A stretch of DNA of 62,981 bases, counting the filler, from Craspedostauros australis (lineage: Eukaryota): NCBI GenBank assembly GCA_030167865.1. It is 8 parts of 8 records of this genome, joined end to end, with 100 filler letters (N's around TTAATTAATTAA, not from the genome) between each part and the next. Parts side by side here need not be neighbours in the genome. Positions count along the whole stretch, not along the records: positions 22,889 to 52,831 come from JALAGF010006299.1; 7 more parts are not named here. One strand, written 5' to 3'. The notes under the pieces were generated by a model, which worked only from the letters and a program-made list of their open reading frames with translations, did not search any database and was not told the origin of the DNA. Both the position numbers and the translations under genes were made by a program. Shown here piece after piece: positions 37,849 through 48,572 of this stretch. Numbering within the stretch: the first letter of the stretch is position 1; every line of letters starts with the position of its first letter.

Positions 37849-38770
37849 TCACCACCATCGTATATGGCAATCCTCTGGCAGAAGTCGATCCGTGGGCTTG
37901 ATCATGGTGATGCCATTGACGGCATCGGGACTCCCCATCAAGGCCTGCAGCTTGGGCGCCCTTCGATACCCCTGCCGCTCGTACCACTCGTTGAGCTTGC
38001 CCGATCCATCGTCATCGACGACGAGCACCGTGAAATCGCAATTCTGAATGGCATGCACGAGCGAGATGACCTGCAAGGCCAACGTGCCCACGTTGCGGCG
38101 GCGATGCTGCGGTTCCACGAACATGTATATGATGGCGGCGACGCCCACCATGACGGTCGGTGGCAGTTGGTACAGTTCCTGCACGGTCTCCTGAATCGGC
38201 GGCGCCGGCGGTCCGCGTTCGGTGCTAAAGCCGAAACGCGCGATCTTTTCGTAGCTGCCTGCCTGATTCTTGCAATGGGCCTCGAGGACGGCCTGGCCGC
38301 CTTTGGGACACAAGACGAGGGGTGGTTCCTCGCGCTTCAGCATGGCATCGAGGCGTATCGTGTTGGCCGCGAATCGCAACCACACGCGTCTGTACCATGG
38401 CGTTTCCGGCGGCGGACGGATCTTCCACAAAATGTCGGCGTGCGTCAATTCTGTCGCCGGTTGTGTTGTCGCGTCCTTGCTGCTGCTGTCGGTGTTGTCG
38501 TTGCTGTCGTTGCTGTCGTTGCTGTTGGTCGCCAAAAGGAAGGAGCTTTGAAGGGCCCCAGCTCGGTGAGGACTGCGTCGTGCATGATGCGGCTGAGGAG
38601 ATGGCAAGAACGCATCCAGATACAGGATGGAGATCGCCAGGATCACGATGCAGAGACCGACGCCTTTCATCATGACTGCGGCACCCAATGCTGTGGTTAG
38701 AGTCCTGGTTGCTGTCGCTGCTGTTGTCGTTGTTGCTATGGCAGTGATTGTCCAACCCCAGTTCATCACT
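37849..38770 (-). CDS. GNAT family N-acetyltransferase, probably plastid-targeted
   Basis: Hydrophobic signal + LDA-FLP, YMFVEPQHRRRNVGT acetyl-CoA motif, GSGKLNEWYERQGY. Start uncertain. Confidence 0.8.
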
Positions 38771-39172
38771 GCACAATGAATTGCAAAGAAGATGCTGCAC
38801 GTCCACAAGCCAAGGAAGGAACGAAGCACTCTCTTGTTTCCAACAAAAGTACGTTTGTTGTTGGCTTCTTCTTCAACCAGAAACATAATTGACAGTTTTC
38901 AAAATTCACCGCAACTTCCACAGGATCGTACGGTTCGGATGAGCCAATCACCACAACCAACCAAAACAGGCTTTGAGTTTGGGAGTGATGTCTTTGGAGA
39001 TCTTGACGCGATACCTCCACACGAACCACAAACCTCCAACCATGAACTCTGGACACTCCTGACATTACGAATGCACCCATCACATCACACTCCAAAAGCA
39101 ATCAAGCAATCAAACACCAAGGATCATCATTGTGACCACACCCACAATCAACGCAACGAGCAGATACGAAGA

Positions 39173-40462
39173 ATGGCCAAACAGAAAGGATCAAAGAGCA
39201 AGAAACGCAGCAGAAGCAGGAGCCAGCGGCGACGCGATGCGGCTGACAAGGCCGATGCTGCACGCGCGGCTGAGGAGTCAAGCCGCAGCATTCTGAAGCA
39301 ACAGAAGAAGGACGATGACAATGGTAATGACGACGACGACGACGCGACCTTGACGCACACGAACAAGAAGCAGCGATTCCGAAGCGACGACGACGATGAC
39401 GTAACGAACGATGCGGACAAGAACGGCGACGACGAGGCCATCCCCAGCGAAGCGCAGCTGCTGGAAGCCAAACGCAAGCGCCGCGAGCAGGGACATGGAG
39501 GCAGCGCCGTGGCGGCCGTCGCGAGCGGCACGACGCACATCAACGACATCACGTCGCTCGACACGGAAGGCGTCAAGATCGAGCCCTTCCACATGAACGA
39601 CGAGAAGAACGACGGCGAGGGCTTCTTCGATGGTGATACCTACGTCTTTCGCAAGAAGAGCGCCCGCGATATGGGCGAGGAACCCGATGCGTGGCTGGAG
39701 GATCTGGGCAGTGGTCAGAAGGACGAGGCAAAGGATGGCAAGCGCAGCACTGCAGCGGCGACGTCGTCCTTCGTTCTGTCGCAGTCCAAGGCAGCCGCGG
39801 CGGCGAAGAGGAAGTCGGATCAGGACAGCATGGACAACCTCACGACGCAGGAGCTGCACAAGAAGATCATTCCCTTGGTCAGCGATACGGAGACCATCTC
39901 CAAGGCCCTCAGCCGCTACGGAAATCTCATCAAGGCCTACCACAAGTCGATCAAGCGCTCCAACATGGCTTCCAAGCCCGGTTCGCCCAACAAGCGCGAG
40001 CTCGCAAACCAGAAAAAGGCGGCCGCCAAGGCCAAGGACGCGTTGGATGAACTCACCAGCGCCGCCAACGCCTTGCTCTTCAAGGGAGACGTCGATGTCT
40101 ACCAACGCACGCGCGCGCAGATCATGGCCAAGCTCAATGCGCCCAGCAATCCAGTTGCCGCGACCCACAAGCTGCCCACCGAAAAGCAACCGCCCTGCAA
40201 GTGGCAGTACCGAGGCAACGATGACAACCAGCTGCATGGACCCTACACGACGGAACAGATGATTTCATGGACGCAGGCCGGCTACTTCGTCGGCGCCCAA
40301 TCCGTGCAAATACGAACGGTGCGTCTCCAACCGAAGTCAACCGAGGAGGATCTCATGGCGGATCTCATGGACGATGATGACGACGATGATGATGATGGCG
40401 ACATGGAGCTTGGGCATTGGGTTTCTTCTGGCAACGTCAACTTTCAAGCATACATTCCATGA
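39173..40462 (+). CDS. CD2BP2/U5-52K (Lin1/Snu40)-like GYF-domain protein
   Basis: EGVKIEPFHMNDE..GEGFFD.DTYVF, DAWL, ETISKALSR, ELTSAANALL, WQY...HGPYTTEQMISWTQAGYF. Confidence 0.85.
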   Translation: MAKQKGSKSKKRSRSRSQRRRDAADKADAARAAEESSRSILKQQKKDDDNGNDDDDDATLTHTNKKQRFRSDDDDDVTNDADKNGDDEAIPSEAQLLEAKRKRREQGHGGSAVAAVASGTTHINDITSLDTEGVKIEPFHMNDEKNDGEGFFDGDTYVFRKKSARDMGEEPDAWLEDLGSGQKDEAKDGKRSTAAATSSFVLSQSKAAAAAKRKSDQDSMDNLTTQELHKKIIPLVSDTETISKALSRYGNLIKAYHKSIKRSNMASKPGSPNKRELANQKKAAAKAKDALDELTSAANALLFKGDVDVYQRTRAQIMAKLNAPSNPVAATHKLPTEKQPPCKWQYRGNDDNQLHGPYTTEQMISWTQAGYFVGAQSVQIRTVRLQPKSTEEDLMADLMDDDDDDDDDGDMELGHWVSSGNVNFQAYIP

Positions 40463-40761
40463 ACAGAGATAGAGAGACGATTGTGTTACTGGTGGTGATG
40501 GTGGCATGGCATGGCGGAAAGTATTCCCACTCATCCAAACCACTTTGCAGAGTTGCTACGGAATGAAGTTAAACAGTTGAGAAAGACGCTCACATGCAAT
40601 ACGAGTAGAAAGGAAGCGACATTCCCGTACTATTGGAGAGTTTGTATGGCACACTGGCTCTGGTGAATCCTCCGCAAGCAGTCCTCCATCTAGTCTCTCT
40701 CCAGGGAGGAAGAGAGCATCTTCGTCGACAAGACGACGCACGCCACATCGCACTGCTCTAT

Positions 40762-43185
40762 TTAAGCATACGATATAAACGCCTTCAGCTCGTTGTGTGC
40801 AACGTCATTGCCGCTCGTCTCGATCAGGGAGAGTCCATGGGCATCCACGCCCTTGATCTCCAACTTCGCATCATGGTGCGATAGCAACGTCGGTCGATGT
40901 CCCACGCTCACGTACGTCACGCGTTCCTCCTCTGCTGACCCCCTTCGGCGCGATCGCAAGTCCTTCAGCAACGCGTACATCTTGGTCTCGCGTTCGACAT
41001 CCATCGCGGAGGTCGATTCGTCAAGGATCACCAAGCGGGGACGGCTCACTAGCACGCGACCGAAGGCCAAGCGTTGCTGTTCTCCCAACGACAACGTGTT
41101 GCCCCAATCCACCTCGGCATCCAGGATGGCGTTATCCTTGCCGTTGCCAATCTGCCGTGCGACGTGGTACAGGTCAATGTCCTTCAGGATCTGCAGCAGG
41201 TCGTCGTCAGTGGGGATGGTGCGAGTTGGATCCACCGATCGCTGCAGCGTCGTCATTTCCACGTTGACTTTGTTGGATGCATTCTTCTCATTGCCCATGC
41301 TTGGTATTCCTGTTGCATTGGCTGCTGTGGCTGTGGTCATCGGCGCGTCCAAGTTGTCACCGCGCTCATCACTATCGTCCCATCCAAAGTGCGGATACAG
41401 AAGCTGCTCTCGCAACGTGCCCAGCGGACAGTACGGTTTTTGCGGCAGGAAGTAGATCTCGTCGCAGGATGGCCGGATGATCGTGCCACTGCCGGATGTC
41501 CATAGGCCAGCGATGGCACGCAGTAGACTGCTCTTGCCCACACCAGAGGGTCCCATGATCAGCAGCCGTCGTCCCCATGGCAGCTCTGCATTCAGGTTGC
41601 GAATCAGGGTGCGCGGGTTGCTGGAGGGTGTCAGCAACGTGAAGTTTCGTATCGACAATGCAATATTCGGTTGCAGTATTGATTGTGTCGTTGATTGCGT
41701 TGTTGATGATGGTCGCTTGCGTTCTAGAATGGACTGTATCCGTCGAATAGTGATCATTTGCTTCATTGGTTGGGACGACGATAGTGATTGGAATCCCATC
41801 TTGGCCGTCATCTCTTTGGACATGGACGACGTCTGTACCGACATGGCCGTAGCCGTAGGTGGCGTGCCCTTCATCATCAATGGACACCCTTCGTTGTCAC
41901 GATCAGCATCGGCATCGCGAATGGCGGCAAGGAATTGATTGAGCCGATCGATGGCAGCCGAGAATTCTGACAATGATTCGAATTCCGTAATGATGATCGA
42001 CAGATCCTCCAGCACATGCCCGAAAGCCGCTGCTGCCTGCTGAATCACGCCCATCTCAACCTCGCCTGCAAAGTAGTCGGGAGCGACCACGATGATCGGG
42101 AGGATCCACGTGAGGTAGGCGTAGAGCGTCGTGAAGAAGTCCAGATTGCGCTGCGTGCCGATGATCTCCTTTGCATTTTCAATCACTCGATCAAAACGGT
42201 GCTTGATCTGACGACCCTCGATGCGCTCGCCACCGAAGAAGGCGATCGACTCGGCGTGATCACGGATCCGGACCAAGGAGTATCGGAAGTCAGCCTCTCG
42301 CTGCAGACGCACGAAGTTCTGCCGGATCAGCCTGCCACCGATGATGATGGTGAGCAGGGTTCCCACGGTAGCAAAGGCGATGATGGAAAAGAAGAGGTTG
42401 GGTTCGATAGTGAAGAGGATGGTGGAGAATGCCACCAGATCGATCGTCGATACTGCGATGATGAGGAACAGAGATAGCGAGAATTGGGTGAAGTTCTTGA
42501 CATCCTCCGAGATGCGCTGATCGGGATTGTCGATCGCGTGCAGCTGAGAGCGGTCCCTGCCGTCGTCGTCTGCATCGATGTTGCTGGTGCCATTCATATT
42601 GCCACTGCCATTGGATGAAGCGGACGCCGTCTTTTTGGAGTAGCTGCGTTCCAGCGCGTAGTACACCTGGTTGGAATAGTACAGCTCCAGCACCCTGTCC
42701 GTCATCCACTCCCTCCACTGAATCGCCAATCGTTGACGTTGAAATCGGTAGAATACGTTGATAGGCGCCAACGCGACCAACGCGATGAGGAAGTTGCGGA
42801 TGATGCGGTAGAATTCTTCTTCGTTTTGATTGGCCAACGCACTCCAGAAGTCCCTGGCAAGGTAGGAGAAGATGACCCGCACGGTCGAGTTGAGGATCAT
42901 GAGGCAGACCAGAATGAAGAACAGCCATCGTCCCCTGGAGCTCTCTCGAAAGTACGGCATCGCCATGGCCCAAAAGGCGCGAGCTTGGCTGGGTGTTTCA
43001 CGAGTGCTGCCTTTGTTGACGACGCCACCTTGTTTGTTCCCCTTCCCATCATCTCCGATGTCTCCCCGCTCTGCATCGGCCCCCACATGCGACGGCTTGC
43101 CATTGTTGCTGGACCGTGCTGACGTGAGGCCAGCATGTTGGCCGTCCCCGAACGGAACATACGAGTCCCATGTGCCTGCTGACAT
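40762..43185 (-). CDS. ABC transporter subfamily D-like half transporter (ABC_membrane_2 + NBD)
   Basis: IDNPDQRISED, READFRYSLVRIRDHAESIAFF, GPSGVGKSS, FLPQKPY, LSLGEQQRLAF, ILDESTSA, SVGHRP. Confidence 0.93.
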   Translation of the reverse strand: MSAGTWDSYVPFGDGQHAGLTSARSSNNGKPSHVGADAERGDIGDDGKGNKQGGVVNKGSTRETPSQARAFWAMAMPYFRESSRGRWLFFILVCLMILNSTVRVIFSYLARDFWSALANQNEEEFYRIIRNFLIALVALAPINVFYRFQRQRLAIQWREWMTDRVLELYYSNQVYYALERSYSKKTASASSNGSGNMNGTSNIDADDDGRDRSQLHAIDNPDQRISEDVKNFTQFSLSLFLIIAVSTIDLVAFSTILFTIEPNLFFSIIAFATVGTLLTIIIGGRLIRQNFVRLQREADFRYSLVRIRDHAESIAFFGGERIEGRQIKHRFDRVIENAKEIIGTQRNLDFFTTLYAYLTWILPIIVVAPDYFAGEVEMGVIQQAAAAFGHVLEDLSIIITEFESLSEFSAAIDRLNQFLAAIRDADADRDNEGCPLMMKGTPPTATAMSVQTSSMSKEMTAKMGFQSLSSSQPMKQMITIRRIQSILERKRPSSTTQSTTQSILQPNIALSIRNFTLLTPSSNPRTLIRNLNAELPWGRRLLIMGPSGVGKSSLLRAIAGLWTSGSGTIIRPSCDEIYFLPQKPYCPLGTLREQLLYPHFGWDDSDERGDNLDAPMTTATAANATGIPSMGNEKNASNKVNVEMTTLQRSVDPTRTIPTDDDLLQILKDIDLYHVARQIGNGKDNAILDAEVDWGNTLSLGEQQRLAFGRVLVSRPRLVILDESTSAMDVERETKMYALLKDLRSRRRGSAEEERVTYVSVGHRPTLLSHHDAKLEIKGVDAHGLSLIETSGNDVAHNELKAFISYA

Positions 43186-43782
43186 TGCGCAGCAATCCTG
43201 CTGCGATGAATCGAAGAACCGAACGATGGATGGATGAATACGGCGTCCCTTTCAATGGCAAGGTGGTTGTGGTGATGGTGAGATTACGCACACGTATGCA
43301 CCCACATGCTTCCCAACAACAGTGAATCGGTAGCTTCACTTACAGTACCATGCATCAATACCCGTTGCGGCAGACGCACTCTCGTTGTCATTGTCGTCGC
43401 CATAGTCCGTTGTTGTTGCATTTGTCGTTCCTTCACATTTTCAAGTTCATCTCATCGTGTTTTCTGTTTCGAAATCGTGTTGGGTAACGGTCGAATCTTT
43501 GAAAACGGGATTGGATGTAATTCACGAATCGACTCCTCGGAGCATCTTCACGGATGATTTCCACGACCAACCATTTTGCACACAAAATCGGCAAAGGAAA
43601 GGAAAGATACGAAATCCATCACCGACCATGGCGCTCGTTGCGGCGGTGGCGATGATGTTGACGATGATGAGGGTGATACCGCACCACTTGACACACTCAA
43701 TGCCATCCGCTGAGAGCAACAGGAATTGCAACGGCAGCACCAGCTTCAGACAGCGAAACGCGAAGAAGACTTGGGAAGAAAG

Positions 43783-45411
43783 ATGAGACACTTTGCGTAT
43801 GAGGCAATCCGCGATGACACGGGGGTCAAGTCGCTGTCGGTCAACGAGCGCGATTTCCTGAGGGAATGCGCGTTGGCCTCCGTGCAGGATGGCAGAGATT
43901 CCCTGCGCCTGGATGGACGCACGCAGAATGACGTGCGCAAGGTCAAAGTGGCCCTGGGTCGATGGGACAACGGTGCGGAATGCACCATCCAGTGGGGCTC
44001 GGGGACGCGCGTGACGTCGTCCATCTGCGGTGAGCTGGTGCCGCCCAACCCCGATCGTCCCAGCGAGGGCATGGTGGAATTTTCCGTCGACATCTCCCCC
44101 ATGGCTGGCACGGGGTTCCGCTTGGCGCCGCCCGTGTCATCGGGATCCGGCAGTGCGGGTATCGGCAGCAGCGCCAGCTCCAAGCGCGGTGTGCGGAACT
44201 ACTCCGATCGCGATCAGCGGCTGCAATCCAATCGCATTCTGCGTTGCTTGGAACGCATCATTCTGACAGGCGGTGCGTTGGACAGGGAAGCGCTGGCGGT
44301 GTTGCCAGGCCAGTGGGTGTGGAGGCTGTCGATCAACGTGACCGTGCTGGATGATGCAGGCAACATTTTGGATGCATCGATCTTGGCAGCCGTCGCCAGC
44401 ATCCGGCATTATCGCCGACCCGAGGTGGATCTGACCAAGCAGGTGGATGATACCATGATGACGGGCGATCAAATATCGTCGAACGATCGCAACCAGCCCA
44501 GGGTGTTGCCACAGTTGGTTTCGTCCGCGGTGAAGGAGCCCACTCCGCTGCCGCTGCATCACACGCCGCTGTCTCTATCGTTTGCGTTGATACCCGAGCA
44601 AGATGCGGTTCACGCGGCCTCCACCACGTCCGTGGCGGCGCTGATCGATCCCACGGATCGGGAGGAGCTGGTGCAGGCAGGATCGCTGACGATCGCCATG
44701 AACATCCATTCGGAGGTATGTTTGTTGGACTATGGAGGCGGTTGCGAACTGACACCGGAGAAGCTGAAGGAATGCTGGAAGCTCGCAGAAGGTTCCATCA
44801 AGCAGCTGTGTCGGTTGTTGGAAGAGACGCTGAGCAAGTCCGACGGCACTGCACAGAGCTCGTTGTTAGAACGGCTGAAACAACAGCAGCAAAGCACGAA
44901 GGGCAGTGCCAATGCGGTTCCTGCCTTCCTGCAATCAGACGGCGCTGTCGTGGATGAAACTGACGGTGACGATGCCATGATGGGCGATGAAGATGGCGAT
45001 GCACAGCAAATTCAAAAAGCAGAGCTGCAGGCCGAGGCGGAGTACCGCCGCCAGGCGTTGGACTTTTCGACAGGCCATGTCGCGCAGAAAGTTCGGGAGG
45101 ATGATGATGTGGGTCCTGGAGGGAATCGATCCAGGACGAATGCGGGGTCGGCCGTGCAGGCGGGGTCTTTACTGGCGTCGTTACTGAAGAACGCAAAGTC
45201 CAGCAATGATACCAAAACAGCAACAGCTGATGGAGCGGCGCAAGCATCTGCAAAGGCGAGTACAGATGAGCAACGAGTAAAGAAGGATACCTCAGCAAAG
45301 AAAAGGAAAACGAATGCGAAAGCTGAAGAACCAGCAGGTACGCAACCAATGACACTGGACAGCGACGAGGACGAAGACACAACCACAATCCTCAAGAGTG
45401 AGTTCAATTAA
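43783..45411 (+). CDS. RRP45: Exosome complex component RRP45 (EXOSC9)
   Basis: LSVNERDF, RLDGR, PDRPSEG, ALDREAL..PGQWVW, DDAGNILDA, HYRRPEV, PLPLHHTP, IDPTDREE. Confidence 0.93.
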   Translation: MRHFAYEAIRDDTGVKSLSVNERDFLRECALASVQDGRDSLRLDGRTQNDVRKVKVALGRWDNGAECTIQWGSGTRVTSSICGELVPPNPDRPSEGMVEFSVDISPMAGTGFRLAPPVSSGSGSAGIGSSASSKRGVRNYSDRDQRLQSNRILRCLERIILTGGALDREALAVLPGQWVWRLSINVTVLDDAGNILDASILAAVASIRHYRRPEVDLTKQVDDTMMTGDQISSNDRNQPRVLPQLVSSAVKEPTPLPLHHTPLSLSFALIPEQDAVHAASTTSVAALIDPTDREELVQAGSLTIAMNIHSEVCLLDYGGGCELTPEKLKECWKLAEGSIKQLCRLLEETLSKSDGTAQSSLLERLKQQQQSTKGSANAVPAFLQSDGAVVDETDGDDAMMGDEDGDAQQIQKAELQAEAEYRRQALDFSTGHVAQKVREDDDVGPGGNRSRTNAGSAVQAGSLLASLLKNAKSSNDTKTATADGAAQASAKASTDEQRVKKDTSAKKRKTNAKAEEPAGTQPMTLDSDEDEDTTTILKSEFN

Positions 45412-46057
45412 CTATTGTACATACTGTGAGCCCCTCGAGGGAGTGGACCTGCACTTTGAAATGGATATTCCACTTTGAGATCTACGATATCCAAACCAGG
45501 CACATATTCGTAATCCATAGTAGTGCCTGTGCCGAAGAGACTGCGATAGTCGAGCGCTACAGGTCGGTGTGTTGTGTTGACTGTCAGTTCTTCCAGGAGA
45601 TTTGTGATCATAATGCAGGCTGGGAAGTCTTCTTCCAGCAGATGTTCTAGGTTGATGTGGTCTGGTGCGTTGTATGTCTTGGTTTCTGGGTTGTAGGCGA
45701 CCTCTGAGTTTGCGTGCCATGCGTCCACACTGAACTATCTCTGTCTTGGTTCTCAGCTTGATTCTTGCGATGGCAGGCAGGAGGCTCATGATCGCTGAGA
45801 CTTGTGTCATGTTCTCCTTGAATTTGTGGGTGATCAATTGGTTGTCATGCCTTCTTGCCATATCCAGGCATTGGAATATTGGGAGGCCTTTGGCGTTTTT
45901 CATGCCCAAAAGGTGTGATCTGAGTGTGATGTGCTTGCGGTTGTCACAGTGTGTGGGCATGTTGAGCTCTGTCACACCTGCCATGTTGATGTACTTGAGG
46001 TGGGAAACCACTGCTTGTTGCTCCTTGATCTTGTTGGCTCTGTGATACCTCTTTTTC
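45412..46057 (-). mobile_element. Degenerate retroelement fragment (possible non-LTR ORF1), frameshifted
   Basis: Overlapping ORFs 45412-46011 and 45408-45728 joined by a frameshift. CpG-poor, and abuts solo-LTR copy C. Family assignment is from recalled pattern only. Confidence 0.4.
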
Positions 46058-46865
46058 TGTTGGCAAGTTCCGTGATTGGAAGCCTACGATTGTGGAAGAC
46101 GGTGTTGGTTGATAGTCGTTTGTTTGCTATTTCATTACATTGGCACTCCGATCCTCTTGGTGTCTGTTCTCTTGCCCGATGCTCTTGGCACGTTTATCTG
46201 TTTTGTAGATTGGGTCTCCCAACTATGAGTCATCATGTGAGATGCTCTTTCGCTTTTTCTCGTATTCTCTCTTTCCCTCTCTCTCTCTCTCTCTTTTGCA
46301 TGTTCGTACTATGCGATATTCCATACTCAATACGTACTCTGTGTTCGATACAAATTCAGTTATCTCGTCCTCTTCTGGCCCACTACTCCACAAGGAATTG
46401 CCAATGCCGAATCCAAACTCCTCCACGATCTCAATGTCGCTCTGGTCATCGAATCTATGCCTTCCTGATCGAATCTGGAGACAGCTGCCAATGTGGTGAC
46501 ACAATGACATCTTGTTGACATCAGCTGTCATCTTCCATGGTCCTTCTGATTCCATGTTCAATCGATGATGCAGCGGTCTGGCAAGGGTATCATCATTTGA
46601 GGTTTGGTTGGGAAGTACATCGATTCTTCTTTGATGTCACATGTTTTCTATCGGTTGATGGATGGACTGGATTCTTGATGCTCTCAGAAATGATTGTTCA
46701 CAAATTTCCTTCCAAAATTCTGATTGCTTTTGTGTGTCTGAATTCGTGATGTAATATCGATCAATCACAGTTCACTATTGACACGAGTATAGATGCGCTG
46801 TGGGCACATAGGGTACAAGAGAACAATGGGTGAGTGATGCACATACACATATGCACATTCCAACA
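46058..46865 (-). mobile_element. Solo-LTR-like repeat, copy C (more diverged)
   Basis: TGTTGGCAAG...ATTCCAACA (TGTTGG/CCAACA inverted ends). Reverse-complement homology to copies A and B. Confidence 0.75.
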
Positions 46866-48572
46866 CCGGAGGACGTATCGGACGTGTTTTGGTTGAAGAT
46901 TGGGAAGAGGGACGTTTTCTTACATGGGGGCCGCGCCGTCTTCAATGTCGGAATGTGTGTACTCGGATGTGTATGCATCAGTCACACTTGCTTGCCGCCA
47001 TCTAGACTATTCGGTGGCGGAATCACGACACAAAACTATGACGTCACAGGGATACCATCGCTGTACCACGAGGATACCGCGATACTACGACAGCAGGATA
47101 CCGCGATACCAGCGGATACCACAGTATCCATCACACGTGACGTCACATCGAGACCTTAACTACCAGGTCTACAGGAATGAAATATGTTGTGAATATTCCA
47201 TCAGATTCGATCAATCATCAGGTTCAACAAAACCTGAACACGGAACAACGACGAGACAACAAGAGAGAAACGACAACGTTGACGATGAAGTCAACATCAA
47301 CGAGCAACATGAGAGCAATGTGCATGGAGGTGCAAGAGGATTGCACCAAGCAATGAGAGCAAGGAAGAGATGGATCAAGAGAGCATCTTGATCATCTCAT
47401 ACCCCACGCTCGCTCACCAACAATCAATAGCAACAACAGTAACAGTAACAGAAACACTTTCAACAAAGAGTGTGACTACTACCGATTCTCCGTGCGCGGA
47501 GCCTTCCAACACTTCAATGCCATCATTCGCGTGCTGATGTTGGAATCCTTTGTCAATCAGTGTCTCGATGGATGGGAAAGCGATCATGAGAACTTCGGCC
47601 TTTGTCTTGATTGGTTGCTGTTCGTCGCCCTGTCCACACAAGAAGATGGTGTCTGCCCTGTTCTCGGTTTGGAAGGATCTGAGCCGGTCTTCTTCAATGC
47701 TGATGTTGGTCCTCTTGTGACAACAGTGCTTGTGTTCATTTTCTTGCTTCTATCGCTTCAACTGCTGTCTTGACTGTTCTTGTGGTTGTTCATTCTCTTG
47801 CTCGTTTTATTGTTTGAGTTGCAATATACCATGACGTCACTGAGAAATTGCTGAGAATTGGTATTTCCCCCTCATGTGCCCATTGACCGGTGACCGTGTT
47901 GTCTGTCCTACCATCAGTACACATGATTGAGCAACAAATGGATGAGCACTATATCTCCAATGGAGCCTACATGTGAAGGCATCTGTCTGCAAGAATACAA
48001 GTGCATTGCCCATTCTGTATGCACAGTTGATGTTTCTCACTTGGCTCTTTGCCATCTGTTTCAAGATCACATATGTATGGAACTATCATTTGACAGGACA
48101 TCTTCCATGCAGGATGTGCTGGTCTTGGATGAAAAGCAAGACCATCCTGCAAATTGAAACAGGACTAAGACTTGGAACAGTTGTGCCTCCACTCCAACAA
48201 TTGAAGAATCAGGTCTCAAAGCTGCCAAGAGCAATGAAGCATCATGGTTTCATCACCTGAGATTGTGGAGCCATTTCAAATGTACAAGACCATGAACAGT
48301 GACAACCAACAGCAGAGCAGTGTGATGACCAGCCCATCTTGTCTTCCTCTTCACCCTTGAACCAAAATATTCTCATAATTCCAACAATCCTACAAAAACT
48401 CAAACTTAACAATCACCAAACCAACTCGAAACACATTCTCAATCATCTCATCTACGTTAGTGGTTACACTATGAATAATTGTGCTGACGTTGGCAGTCTC
48501 ACTTCTCCTTTTGAACTGCAAACATTCGACACTGGAAGGCAAAGTCGAACACAACCTTGCTTCTTTTGCCCT

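Noticed and set aside
24709..38770. Biosynthetic gene cluster around HMGS-KS
   Set aside because: Neighbours (lumen protein, Mpv17, VPS4, GNAT) are functionally unrelated, and no ACP, reductase or dehydratase gene is nearby.
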